From: Malacoraja senta
Taxonomy: Eukaryota
Assembly: GCA_038087875.1 (NCBI GenBank)
Contig: CM075988.1
Location: forward strand, 18,850,001-18,914,000
Direction of reading: 5' to 3'
Length of the DNA: 64,000 nucleotides
A model generated the notes under the pieces. That model made no database searches and was not told the DNA's origin. It worked only from the letters and a program-made list of their open reading frames with translations. Below, piece by piece: positions 37,073 through 48,795 of this stretch (within the stretch, counting starts at the first letter, position 1; the number at the start of each line of letters is the position of its first letter). The position numbers were made by a program, and so were the translations under genes.

Positions 37073-37419
37073 TCGATATAATTAAAAGTCTAATCTTGAC
37101 CACTTCCTGTTTGCGCTTTATATTGATTTTAGAAAAAAACGCTACCACGTATGGCTGTGATTTTTTGGCCGTCTTACTCAGAGTCCCCCTCCGCTCATCA
37201 GGTGCTGAGGATTTTTCCCATCGATGAAAAATAAAAGAGTTATTAGTATTTTAAAAATGTTGAGAGGCACAAAAATTGGAATATTTTTTGGTCGAAAATT
37301 TACATCATGACATTGTATTGGTTACTTTCCCCAGATGCAGTTACATGTGGGAAGAAGTCTGTGTGAAACTTTGGCCTTTCTTTTCGCACAGTTTGTTAGA
37401 CAGTACTAAGGGGCTGCTC

Positions 37420-37870
37420 TTTGACACTCTTACTAATCAAGAACCTATCAATCTCCACTAAAAATACCCAATGACTTGGCCTGCACAGCAGTGAATTCCA
37501 CAGATTCACCATCATCTGGCTAAAGAAATTTCTCCTCATCTCCATTCTAAAGGTACATATTTTTATTCTGAGACTGTGCCCTCTGTTCCTAGATTCTCCC
37601 ACTAGTGGAAACATCCTCTTCATATCCACTCTATCTATGCCATTATTCGGTATATTTCATTATTCGGTGTTTCAATGAGACCCCCCCCCTCATCCATCTG
37701 AACGCCAGTGATTACAGGCCCAGAGCCATCAAATGTTCCTCGTGCATTAACCCAATCATCCCCAGGATCATCCTCTGGACCCTCTCCAATGCCAGCACAT
37801 CCTTCCCCAGATATGGGGCCCAAAACCGCTCAATATTCCAAATCTGGTCTGAACAATGCCTTATAAAACC
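37420..37870 (-). mobile_element. CR1 LINE fragment
   Basis: MFPLVGESRNRGHSLRIK...FFSQ..VNLWNSL. Confidence 0.8.
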
Positions 37871-38625
37871 TCCTTGTTTTTATTGGGTCAATGGTTGAAT
37901 GAATTAATGGTTTAATTATCACATGTGCAAACGCACAGTGAAATTCTTTTCACACACACATTACAGTAGAGAATTGCCATACCTAAGCACATCCCGATGA
38001 GCAAAGTGTGCAGAAATCGTCTACTGATCTCGCATGCAAGAGACACCAGGTTTTGGTGCCGTTTTCAAGGACCGCATTCTAGTTTTTATGGAAACATAGA
38101 GAGAATCAGGCACTGTGGGGGCGGGAACAGACAAGGAAACAATTCAACGGTCTACAAAGTGACTGGGTAGTTTGGTAGTCCTTGAATATTTCTCCAGATC
38201 AATGTAGTCTAATGGCATCTATCCACTTGATAGGCATCTAAGCCAGCACCCTAATCATCATTCCCTCCACCATTGGTGTGCCATGGCTGCAACAACTACC
38301 ATACACAAGGTACAGTGCAGAAACTCCACAAAGAACCTCCAAGCCCCTTACCTGTGCCACCAAGTTGATCCAGGTTCAGGTACATGGAGACACCGCCACC
38401 TGCAGGTTGCACCCCTCCAGGCGACCCACCATCCTGTCTGGGAATTGTTGTTCCTTCCTCATCACTGTGTCAAGACAAGAAATGCCTTTGCCTATAAGAC
38501 GTTGGTGAGTGAGGCTGGTTTTGGCACCAATGATCACCATTGACAACACTCCATAGTTACATTTCAGATTACTTTGTAAGTGGTTCCCTCTTTGCTGTAT
38601 GAATGCCTCCTCTCTCACCATTTTT

Positions 38626-39490
38626 CTGGAAGTGGCGGCGCTGTTTGAACAGCTGCAGCTCGCCTGCAGTCCGTCTGTTTTTACTTTTGTTGTTGTTTTC
38701 TTTTGTCCTGTTTTAGTTAAATTGTAGTTTATTGGGTTGTGTGGGTGTGGGTGTGGGTGTGGGTTGGGGTGGGGGGGGGGGGTGAAACATGATTTTTGTC
38801 TCTTCCTTCGGGGGAATGCGACTTTTTCTTGTCGTATCCCCCTTCTCTGCCTCCGTCTGCGCTGAGGCCTAATGGCGGAGCTGGCGGCCTCCAACTGCGA
38901 CCGACCTCAAGGCTCCGGAGGCAGAGCCAGGACTTACCAACGCGAGGCTGGCCGTCTTCGGGGCTGCGGTGGCGTTCCGGCGGTGGCGACCAAAGACACT
39001 GGTGGCGACCTGAATCCGGGGCTCGGCCGCGGCTGGCCCAGTGGACGACATCGTCGGGAGCTCGCAGGTCACAGGTGGGTGACCTGTTTTTCTGGAGCTC
39101 CAGCAACTACAGCTGCGTCCGCTGGACTGGAGGGCGGCAGCTTCGGCAGCTTCGACCACCCCAGGCCGCGGAGTTTGAACTGGCCCGTCGCGGGCACGGA
39201 TTCAGCCGTGGGACTTACTTACCATCACCCGGCGGGGTCACAACATCAGAAGCCTGGATCGCCTCAGCGCAGAGGGAGAACAAAGAGGGAAGAGACAGAG
39301 TCTTTAAGACTTTTGCCTCCATCACAGTGAGGAGGTGCTTGGTGAACTCACTGTGGTGGATGTTAATTTGTGTTTATTGTGTGTTTTGTTATTTATTATT
39401 ATATGTATGACTGCAGGCAACAAAATTTCGTTCAGACCGAAAGGTCTGAATGACAAATAAAGGAATCTAATCTAATCTAATCTAATCTAG
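38626..39490 (+). mobile_element. GC-rich non-coding non-autonomous retroposon, copy 3 (apparently full length)
   Basis: GGAAGTGGCGGCG head, T-rich tract, G-run and GC core. Stem 39318-39360, GAAA-loop hairpin 39429-39452, AATAAA and (TCTAA)n tail. Possible CCATT TSD. Confidence 0.65.
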
Positions 39491-39961
39491 CCATTACTCT
39501 GAGCATTCAGAATTACTCGTTCCACACCATGGATAGAGACATAGAGCTCGTACAGCACAGAACCCGGCCCACCTTGTCTATGCCGTCTAATTTGGGATAT
39601 TGACCCGAAACGTCACCCATTCCTTCTCTCCAGAGATGCTGCCTATCCTGCTGGGTTACTCCAGCATGTTGTGTCTATCTTGTGCTGGTTTCATTTGCCT
39701 GCATTTCCTATCCCTATTGATATTGTAACCCATGGACTCGCTGTGTTACCTGCATAAATGTTGTAATATCAACCTTTTTGATCATGTTAACAGTGCAAGT
39801 TAAGACATATTTCACACACGTCTGTATGATCAATGGGCTAATTACATCTTACACCTGAGCTGCAAATATCACTAATTTCCAGCACCAAATTAGGACATTA
39901 ATTCCGAAGACCAGGAACCGTCAACAATAGACATTCTCAATGCGACTGGCAACATGTTTCT

Positions 39962-39974
39962 GTTGCTTGGCAAC
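39962..39974. promoter_or_regulatory. RFX X-box
   Basis: GTTGCTTGGCAAC, with additional GGCAAC half-sites at ~39948 and ~40033. Confidence 0.45.
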
Positions 39975-42863
39975 CTGTCGATGTGATGTAAGGATCCGAT
40001 GGCTCAAAGCAAGTGATCAGTGAAGGATCCTTGGCAACGGTTCAATATAATCCATTGTCTTTCACTGGTTCAACGGTACTTTATTGTCACTGTACAAGAA
40101 GCACAATCATACTAAGTACAAGCGTGCAAGACAGTAGAGAACACTGAGTCAGTGCGCAGGATTTGCTACGTTTTAGACGCCATCTTGTACTCTGCAAGTC
40201 TGAATTTTTAACGAATGTTAGAGTCTTGTCCATGAAGGCCCGTTATCCTTGGTGGCGGCACTGGGCCAGAGTTGCAGGAGTGGGCCTGGCCTGGAGATGT
40301 GTCAATGTCCACCACCGCCGCTCCGTGCCGCTGCAGGCCACGTCCGTTCCGCGCGCTTGACCTCTTGGAAGGGCACCCGATCTAATGGAGCCCCAGGCTG
40401 CTGCAGGGCCTCCAGCAGGCCCACTCCACCCAGTCCGCCCACTCCGGCCCCTCCTCGAGACCGGCCCGTGAACGCGGCATCACCTCCCCTCCGACCACCG
40501 CTCAGACTCCGTGCCCCGGGCACCTCCCGCAGCCGACACAGAGCCACCTCCGAGGGCACAGAAGATGAGCCCCAGCCTGCTCACCAACATTGTATTTTCT
40601 TCCCTCCGCTGCCATCTTGTAACCCTTCTGTAGGATACCACTCCCATTTATTATTCATCCTTCCAACCCGCCCCCTTCAACAACCTCACCTCTTTGCCTG
40701 ACTGGCTAGATGCCTAAAAACTGATTTTAACTCTGACTGTTTGAAAGGAAATAAACTGCAGTGGGCTCTTTTTTATTCACTCCAACTCCACAAACCTCCT
40801 CAGAGCTTTGTTCCAAATCTGCTCCTCCAAAAAGCTAACTAGGATGCTGACCATTCACCAGTGGAACTGCTGAACAGTCATATAACAGTACAGTACGGAA
40901 ACAGGCCCTTTGACCCACCTTGTCCATGACGACCAAATTGGCAACTGGACAAGTCCCATTTGTCTGCATTTGGCCACTTTCCCTCTAAACCCTTCCTATC
41001 CATATACTGTATCTGTCCAAATGTTGTTTAAAAGTCGTAATTATATTAGCTTCTATAACTTCCTCTGGCAGCTCACTCCAGATATGGACTACCCTCTGAG
41101 TGAAAAGTTGCCCATCCTCTTAAATCTCTCTTAAATCTCTCCCCTCTCACCTTGAGCCTCTATGCCCTCTCGTAATTGGATCCACTGCACTGGGAAATAG
41201 TGCAGTGGATTCCAGAGATGCTGCCTGCCCCGCTGGGTTACTCCATCTTTTGTGTCTATCTTCCATTTAAACCAGCGTCTCCAGTTCCTTCTTACATATG
41301 AGCATTCACCTTATCTATACCTCATGATATTTCACTTCAATAAGCTCGCCCCTCAGCCTCCCACATAATAAAGGGAAAAAAAGTCCCAGCCTATCCAACC
41401 TCTACCTATAACTCAGGCCCAGGTAACATTCTGGTGAATCTTATCCGCACCCTTTCCAACTTAATGTCGTCCTTGGTCTAGCTGGACGACCAGAAATGCA
41501 TGCACATGGTACCCCACGTGTAGTCTCACCAATGAATTCGACAGTTGAATCACGATGCCACAGTGTTTGTGCTCAGTACCATTCCCAATGAAGACAAGTC
41601 TGCCAAAGGCCTTCTGCACCTCGCTGTCCAATCGACCTGTGAGTGCTTTCATTGGCCAGAATTTCGATGCAATGATTTTGTGAGCAAACGAATGAAATTT
41701 AGAAATCTAGCAAACTTGGTAACATGATGTCATCTTTTGGAGTAACGTGAGGACCTCATTGGTTATGGGTGACTTGCCGACCTCTATGCAGAGTGATACC
41801 GCCACCACTTCATGTTGTAATCTGGGCAACTTGTCAAAGAGTGAAGAAACGACAACATTTCTATTACAGAAGACAATGAGGGTGAGATCTAAGGTGCCTT
41901 TTCATTAGGTTTTCCCGTCGATTTATGCCTGCACAGAAGAAGAAATAATTGTTTTGTTGACATTTTAATCACCGATTTGAAGCCATGTAAACATGCAGAC
42001 TTCTTTGTGCCTTGAGTTTTTTTGAACCTTTTTCCCCAGGCCCATTTTGTGCGTTAATTTTGTTTGTGTTCAAATGAGTTTATTCAAAATCTAGTTCCCA
42101 CCGTTAGGGAATCAAGAACTGGAAGGCATAGGTTTAAGGTGGGAGAGAAAAGATTTAATAGGAAGATGATGGGAATTTTTTTTCACACAGAGGGTGGTGG
42201 ACATTTGGAATGAGCTGTCTGATAAAGTACTTGAGGCAGATAACATTTTAACAATGTTTAAAAGACATTTGGACAGGTACATGGATAGGAAGGATCTGGG
42301 CATCTAAAATGGGACTAGCTTAGATGGAGTCAAAGTGTCATACAGCACAGAAACAAGCCCATTGGTCCAACTTGACCAAGATGCCCGTGTTTGGTCCATA
42401 TCCCTTCAAATCTTTCCTATCCATGCGCCTGTCCAAATGTCTTTTAAATGTTGCATCTCCATTTTAAATGGAGCATCTTGGTCAGCATGGATCAATTGGG
42501 CTGAAGGGCCTGTTTCCACACTGTATGACTCTCTAACTGCTGTGCCATCAGGGAACTTAGTGCTTCTTGAGGGGGGGGGGGAGAATAAATGGACAAAACT
42601 ATGAACTTGTGGGTAACCAGACCGCAAACAGCTAGGTACTAGGTTTATTTCTGAATGTGGAATTCTACTGTTGACAGTGATGACAGGTTTTGTTTGAGTT
42701 GTTCACAGATCTTCTGCATTGCTGTAGTTCTGAAGAGAGAGCTAGTCATTTTCCATCTCTCGCGTAAGGTGAGTTGCTGTGACGAGGCAATAGTGTTCCC
42801 GTGTTATTAGTGCAGTCATGGTAAACCGCATCTCTCTCATCTTGGACACCTTTGCAGAAAATG

Positions 42864-43195
42864 GGCGGCACAGTGGTGCAGCGGTACAGTTGCTGCTCGC
42901 AGCGACAGATACCCATCCATGTTCGAACCTGCCTTCTGGTCCTGCCTGTACGGAGTTTGTGCGTTCTACACCGTGACTGCGTGGGTTTTATCTGTGTGCT
43001 CCGGTTTCCTCCCACACTCGAAAGAAGTGCAGGTTTGTAGGTTAATTGACTTCGGCAAAAATTGTAAATTGTCCCTGGCGTGCCGGATTGTCCCTAGTGC
43101 ATGAAGATCGCTGGTGGACGCGCTCGCTGGGCTGAAGGGCCTGTTTCCGCGCTGTATCTCCAATCTAAACTTTAAAAAAAAAAACTAAACTAAAA
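42864..43195 (+). mobile_element. HE1/V-SINE-like SINE (diverged)
   Basis: GGCGGCACAGTGGTGCAGCGG head, core and tail. Confidence 0.75.
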
Positions 43196-44029
43196 GCACA
43201 AAATGAGTCTGTGTGAAATTGCTTTGGTATTTCGACTGCGACAAGAAACCATTTAAAACCTTGAATGGTTTACATGCACTAATGTGATCAGTAGTATTCT
43301 CCAAACGGAAAAGACTGATTTCGACCATAGCTAGGGAGCAAGCTCAATACAAAATTGGATCCTACTTATCATTAAAAAAGCCGTGTGGAATGCACGATCA
43401 AATAGACAGCTGTTGTTGCATTTTTTAAATTAATGAAATTCGCACTGTCTGAGCCAAAATGCGAGTATTCCCACTGAATAATAAGTGGCGTGTGTTGGAG
43501 CGACTGTTTGAGGTTTATTTGGTGACACATACAACTCAACATGTTTGCAACATGTTGTTATTTGGGACTCAGCTTTGTTGGGAAGAGCCCTGGAATTGAA
43601 ATTATATCTGACAATTCCAATACTCACAAATATTGTAGCCTTTCTTGAAGGCTGAGATTCTATCAGATGTACCTTGTTGATCAGTACATTCAACAATCCA
43701 CTGGAGTGCCACTCGATTTAAAACGTGTCGCAGGCACTGACGTGATCGTGCGATGGAAGATGTCGGCACAAAGCCAGCCGACAACGAGAGAGCACCACCG
43801 CAGAGGCAGGAGGCGGTGTTGCAAAGAAATGGTGGAGCAGCAGCGGAGGACCATGCTTGGCCAGGCCGACCCTGCTATGCCGCCAGTACAACAGACCTTA
43901 ATGGTCAGATCGGGATCCCTGCATTTACAACAACTGGGACTTGAAAATGGCACCAAACTGACGATTCTGTACTGTATGTGAGATGCTTATCTAATATGTA
44001 TCTAAGTGCTTATATATAGTGATATACTT

Positions 44030-44355
44030 CCTCCATGACACACTGGTCAACCTGAGGAGTACCTTCAGCAACAGACTTGTTTCACCATGATGCACCACAG
44101 AACGCAACAGGAGATCCTTTTTCCCTGTGGCTATCAAACTGTACAACTCCTCCCGCTTCTGTCGACTCCCCTACCCCCCTCTTCCCCTTCCCCCACCCCC
44201 CTCCCCCAACCCCCACCCCCTCCCCGATCTTTGCACATCCCCAATCTTTTCCACGCATCACTTTAGTTTCATGTTTCATGTATCTTGTGTTTTATGACCG
44301 TTGGCAGACCTCATTACCTCCTGGGATAAATAAAGCTCTATCGTATTGTATTGTA
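44030..44355 (+). mobile_element. Rex1 LINE 3' end
   Basis: LHDTLVNLRSTFSNRLVSP*CTTERNRRSFFPVAIKLYNS, then AATAAA and (GTATT)n. Confidence 0.75.
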
Positions 44356-44479
44356 TACGTACTGAACTGTAAACAAAAATGGATTTCATTGTACCTCGGT
44401 ACATGTGACAAATAAAGTGCCATACCAAGTATCTGCACAAAATCCAGCCCTGCTATGTTGCGAGGGACCCCGTGTAGAA

Positions 44480-45008
44480 CTCGAATGCCCAGGAACGAAG
44501 ACGGCTGCAGAGTGGTGGACACTGCCCGGTCCATCATGGATACTGACCTCTCCTCCATCGAAGGGATCTACAGGAGGTACTGCCTCACACAGGGAGCCTG
44601 CATTTACAGCAACTACATCAAAGACCCACACCACCCTGCACACCACACTCTCATCTCACTGCTACCATCGGGGAGAAGGTACAGGAGCCTGAAAACCGTG
44701 ACCTCCAGATTGAAGAACAGCTTCTTCCCAGCAACCATCATGCACTTGAACACTGCACAACACTAACCTCTACCTCAGTAAACGTGATATTCTGTGGACT
44801 TTGTTTTGGCTTCCCTACGTCCTTTTATTTTGCACTTTTATGGTTACCGAGAATGATTGATTATTTATTAATTTACTGTATTATAGTATTGATTATTATA
44901 TATTAATCCGTGTATTCTTGCATTTACAGCCCTGTTTAGCTGCAGCAAATGTGAATTTCATTGCTCTGTTGCCGGTACATCGGACAATTAAACACACTTG
45001 ACTCTTGA
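44480..45008 (+). mobile_element. Rex1/Babar-clade LINE 3' end
   Basis: RVVDTARSIM...IKDPHHP..LLPSGRRYRSL...RLKNSFFP. Confidence 0.8.
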
Positions 45009-45345
45009 ATGTAGACCATATGGACATCGGAAAGTTGAAGCAGAATGGGCCACTCGGACCCTCTAGCCTACTCCTCCATTCAACATGTTATGTTTGATGT
45101 GCCGCAGGGCTGTGGCCTCTCTGGGTCAGTTCCCCACAACCATCAATTCCCTCATCTTTCCAAAATTTACCTTCTTCCCTTTTAAACAACATAACTGATC
45201 TTCCCTTCAAAACCCTCAACCAGGGAATTCCAAAGATTTACCGCTTTGTCAACAATCAAACTGTCATTACTGATTCTTATTTCAATTTTCTTTGGGCGGA
45301 AAATGCGGACCTCAATCTATGTTATACAGCAAATGCTTTCATTTA

Positions 45346-45431
45346 TGGGGAACGGGTTGCGTTGGGGGAATGGGTGAGTGGTGGAATATTGTGTTGGGTG
45401 ATCGGGACCCAACGGGTCCCACTTTGTCTAG
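45346..45431 (+). mobile_element. Helitron 3' terminus
   Basis: GC hairpin GGGACCC-AAC-GGGTCCC (45404-45420), 7 nt before CTAG (45428-45431), followed by T. Confidence 0.7.
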
Positions 45432-45504
45432 TTTTTCTTAAAAGGAGGAATCTACCTAACCTTTACTCATCCAGAGGTCTATTAAGGATATGTTCAGGAT
45501 GGGA

Positions 45505-45680
45505 CTGGACTTTGCTGCCTTCCCCCACAGTGGGAACCATTGTGGGGGGATGTTTTTATGTTGTTAAATTCTTTAATGTTGTGTCTTATCTTTATTCGTG
45601 TGCTGCATTGGCAAGTCAAAATTCACTACACCATTTGGTGTATGTGATAATACATGTCCTTTGTATCCTTTGTATCCTTT
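45505..45680 (+). mobile_element. 3' end of the GC-rich retroposon (same subfamily as 2682-3455)
   Basis: CCCCCACAGTGG-GAA-CCATTGTGGGGG stem, TACACCA/TGGTGTA hairpin and (TCCTTTGTA)n tail. Confidence 0.65.
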
Positions 45681-47607
45681 GATTAATAATGAATTTGTAA
45701 TCAGAACACTAAAAAAAGAGTGTAGGAAAGAACTGCAGATGCTGGTTTCCAACCAAGATAGACACAAATGGCTGGAGTAACTCAGCGGGTCAGGCAGCAT
45801 CTCTGGAGGAAAAGGAACAGGTGACATTTTGGGTCGAGACCCTTCTTTAGAAAGAGGTTGGGGGTAAAAGTATTAGTTGTAGAACTGAAGATGGACAGAC
45901 TGAGGAAGGATAAGCTGGATGGAAGTAAATGCTGACTGTAAGAAGGACTTGGAGAACCCAGAGTGTATCAGTCAACAAAGGTTGCAGAAAGAAGATAAGA
46001 AAAGGTGATGGTTGTTGGAGAAAGGGGCCATGTGAACAAAGATCAGCAATAGAAAAGAAAAGGTAATAGGGTGGATGAAGAGGGAATGTATCAGAAGCGT
46101 AGAGAAGACACAGAGAAAGATAATTACAGAACCTCTGACATATTTTGTGAACCTCGGTATTGTTACCACCTTGTTGGAGGTGAATGGAGCTACAGAACCA
46201 GAGAGGATTGCAGCAGAATAAATATTTATCCGCGGAATAATCACTGAATGCACTGTGGCTGACGGACTTTCGGAGTTCAATAACTGATCATTACTACTAA
46301 GTGCTCCAGTCCCTCCACCAGAGCTCCCTTGAAAAGATCAATATTAACACTTTGAAAGCAGACTGTGATTTAATGGTTTACTACTGGTTCCTTGTCAGAC
46401 ACGGGCATAAAAAGATCTGTCTTTGCTCTAGTGTCAGTCATTATACATTAGAATGAGAGAATTCAGATGATTTTTTCAGTGAGAGAACTTTATGAATCAA
46501 AGGACAATTAGATGTCTTGTTAAGGTTATTTATTTGTGTTAAGATGTGACTGTAATACTCCAAGGGGCAACACGTTTCTGGCACGATGGCAATAATCTTC
46601 CACATCCATCAGCATCAAGAATCAATAGGTAATATGATTAACCAGCTCAGGTCTTTGTTAAACTCAACAGGACAAGTACAGAGAGGCACAGGGCAGAGAA
46701 AGAGTCTAGTTCTCTTCTCGGTCTCCATCTGAGGACATTGCTTCCTCTTCCACTTTAATTAGTTGTGCGAGCTGCCAATCTAAAGTCGGGTCTGACAACT
46801 TTCTCCGCATTTTCCTGAGTCCTTGCTTTAGATTTCTTGGTGTGCAGATCCTCCTGTTATTTCCTCAGTTGATTTCCAAATTGACACATAAGCAACTATG
46901 TTGTTCCAAGGGTCAAACCGTCTTGGTTGATGATGTGACAAGACTTCTCGTTGTGTTGAGGGGAAATACATTCTGAAAAGTCACTCATTCCTCTGTTTGA
47001 GATTATTAGCTCAATGTTCCCAATCTGGTCTTGTGGATATTATACTTTGTCCAGTAAGTGTCGTTGGGAGAAGATTACCTCTCTATTCCCACCCTCTAGT
47101 GTTGAGGGAAGACCTGGTACAACATTCTGAGAAGTATAGATTGGATCAAAAACGTTATCTCAGGGTGGAAGAGTCAAAGACTAGGGGGCATAGCTTTAAG
47201 GTCAGAAGGGAAAAGTTTAAAGGGGATGTGCAGGGGCAAGTTTTTTTTAATATGAAATGCGCTGGCAAGAGTAATAGTGGAGGCAGATGGCTTTTAAGAG
47301 GCTTTTAGATAGGCACATGGATGTACAGGGAAAAGAGAGATATGGATCATGTGCTGGCAGAGGAGGCTAGTTTAACTTAGCATTGTGTTCTGCATGGACA
47401 TTGCGGGCTGGATTGCCTGCTCACCTGCTGTACTGTTCTATGCTCTGTGTACTCAAGGAATTATCCAACTGTTTAATTACTCTTCCAATTGAAGTGAGTA
47501 ATCTGGTTAAAGGTGTGAATGTAAAAATTATGTCTGATGGCAAAAATTAGTTCTTTACAAAGCTGTTCTAAAGCATCAGTCCCCTTTAATCTGGCTCTCT
47601 GGGTTAT

Positions 47608-48795
47608 TAGAAGATAGGCACAAAAAGCTGGCGTAACTCAGCGGGTCAGGCAGCATCTCTAAAGGAAAGGAATTGGTGACGTTTTGAGTTGAGACCTTTC
47701 TTCTGAGAGTCAGGGGAAATGGGAAATGAGATACAGACGGTGATATAGAGAGATATCGAACAAATGAATGAAAAATATGCAAAAAGAAACAACGATCAAG
47801 GAAAGATGGAGCCCACAATGGCCCAATGTTGACTGTGGGCGAGGTGATAATGAGTTATACAGATGGTGAAACTTCACAGGACGACAGTGTGAACTTGTAC
47901 AACGACCAGGGTGGGGGATGGATGCAAGGGTTGTAAATTGCTCCTTTCTAAGCCCCCCCCCCCCAGTCTAGTTTCAGTAAAAACACTGAATCAAGCACTT
48001 GAAACAACTAAATTTTATTTTAACAAAAGCGCGTCACACTTCAACTACTGTACCTATCCCACCGTGGGTTCAATCCTCGTATCTGCCTGTTCAAGCCCTC
48101 TAGGCCTCGCTCAGACAGAGACACTCCAGAAGTTCACGCAGTCCCAAGTGCTCTCCCAGAAGATCGATGTTGGACCTTGTGGTAGTGGACTTTTATATGT
48201 CCCAGGACTACAAGGGGCTGAACCACATGTGGGTGGTCTCTTAATAACCCAATTACAGATATCGATTAACCCCATACATAACAGACATTTCCCTAACCCA
48301 ATAATACAGCAGCTCAATACATTGTATTCAAACCGGACTTTGTAAGGAAGCCAACTTAGAAACATTTACCCTGATCTACAAGAAACCCAGACAAGGCTCA
48401 ATACCTCATCCAATCAACACTCGGCAAAGTTGAACTCTGCGACATTATTTACAACTATTTACAAGGTTTGCAGTCATCCAATCCATTCTATGAATTTTGC
48501 ACCTAATTGACAGGGTCTGCAGATGTTCTTATTCTTTGCTTGTAAATTGTATCTCGGCTCTAGACACACTGGCACCACTCCACAGCTTGTCCCAGCTCTG
48601 CAAAGAGCAATTCCAAATTGACCAAATCTCCCAGCAGCCCTGAAGCTTTTACCCCATTTTGAAGTCCTAGCCTCTCCAATTTAGCTAGGATTCACAGGGT
48701 TACTTGAAGTTGGTGAAATCAATATTCCACTGGGCTGTAAGCTGCCCAAGCGAAATATGAGGTGCTGTTCCTCCACTTTGCATTTGGCCTCACTC
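47608..48795 (-). mobile_element. Penelope-like element 3' end (GIY-YIG C-terminus plus UTR), split by a solo LTR
   Basis: Minus 48794-48700 reads SEAKCKVEEQHLIFRLGSLQPS, then a frameshift, then NIDFTNFK*. The UTR continues 47931-47608 with a decayed hammerhead. Confidence 0.8.
47932..48696 (-). mobile_element. Solo LTR (765 bp) of an LTR retrotransposon or ERV
   Basis: TG...CA ends (TGTAAAT/ATTCACA). GGGT TSD at 47928-47931 and 48697-48700. Minus-strand TATAAAA (48197-48191) lies upstream of AATAAA (48019-48014). Confidence 0.75.

Larger units (their letters stand above)
35555..37266 (+). mobile_element. Putative non-autonomous Helitron with duplicated head, interrupted by CR1
   Basis: A|TCTATATTACTAAAAG start. 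Head 35555-35708 is repeated at 37073-37266. Internal ~30-bp and 19-bp tandem repeats. No TIRs. Confidence 0.55.

Noticed and set aside
38729..39410. Overlapping 125-204 aa ORFs or a CpG-island host promoter (also 2818-3403 and 27548-28063)
   Set aside because: Stop-poor GC-rich repeat cores, open in several frames on both strands with no shared protein motif; they are dispersed elements with retroposon tails.
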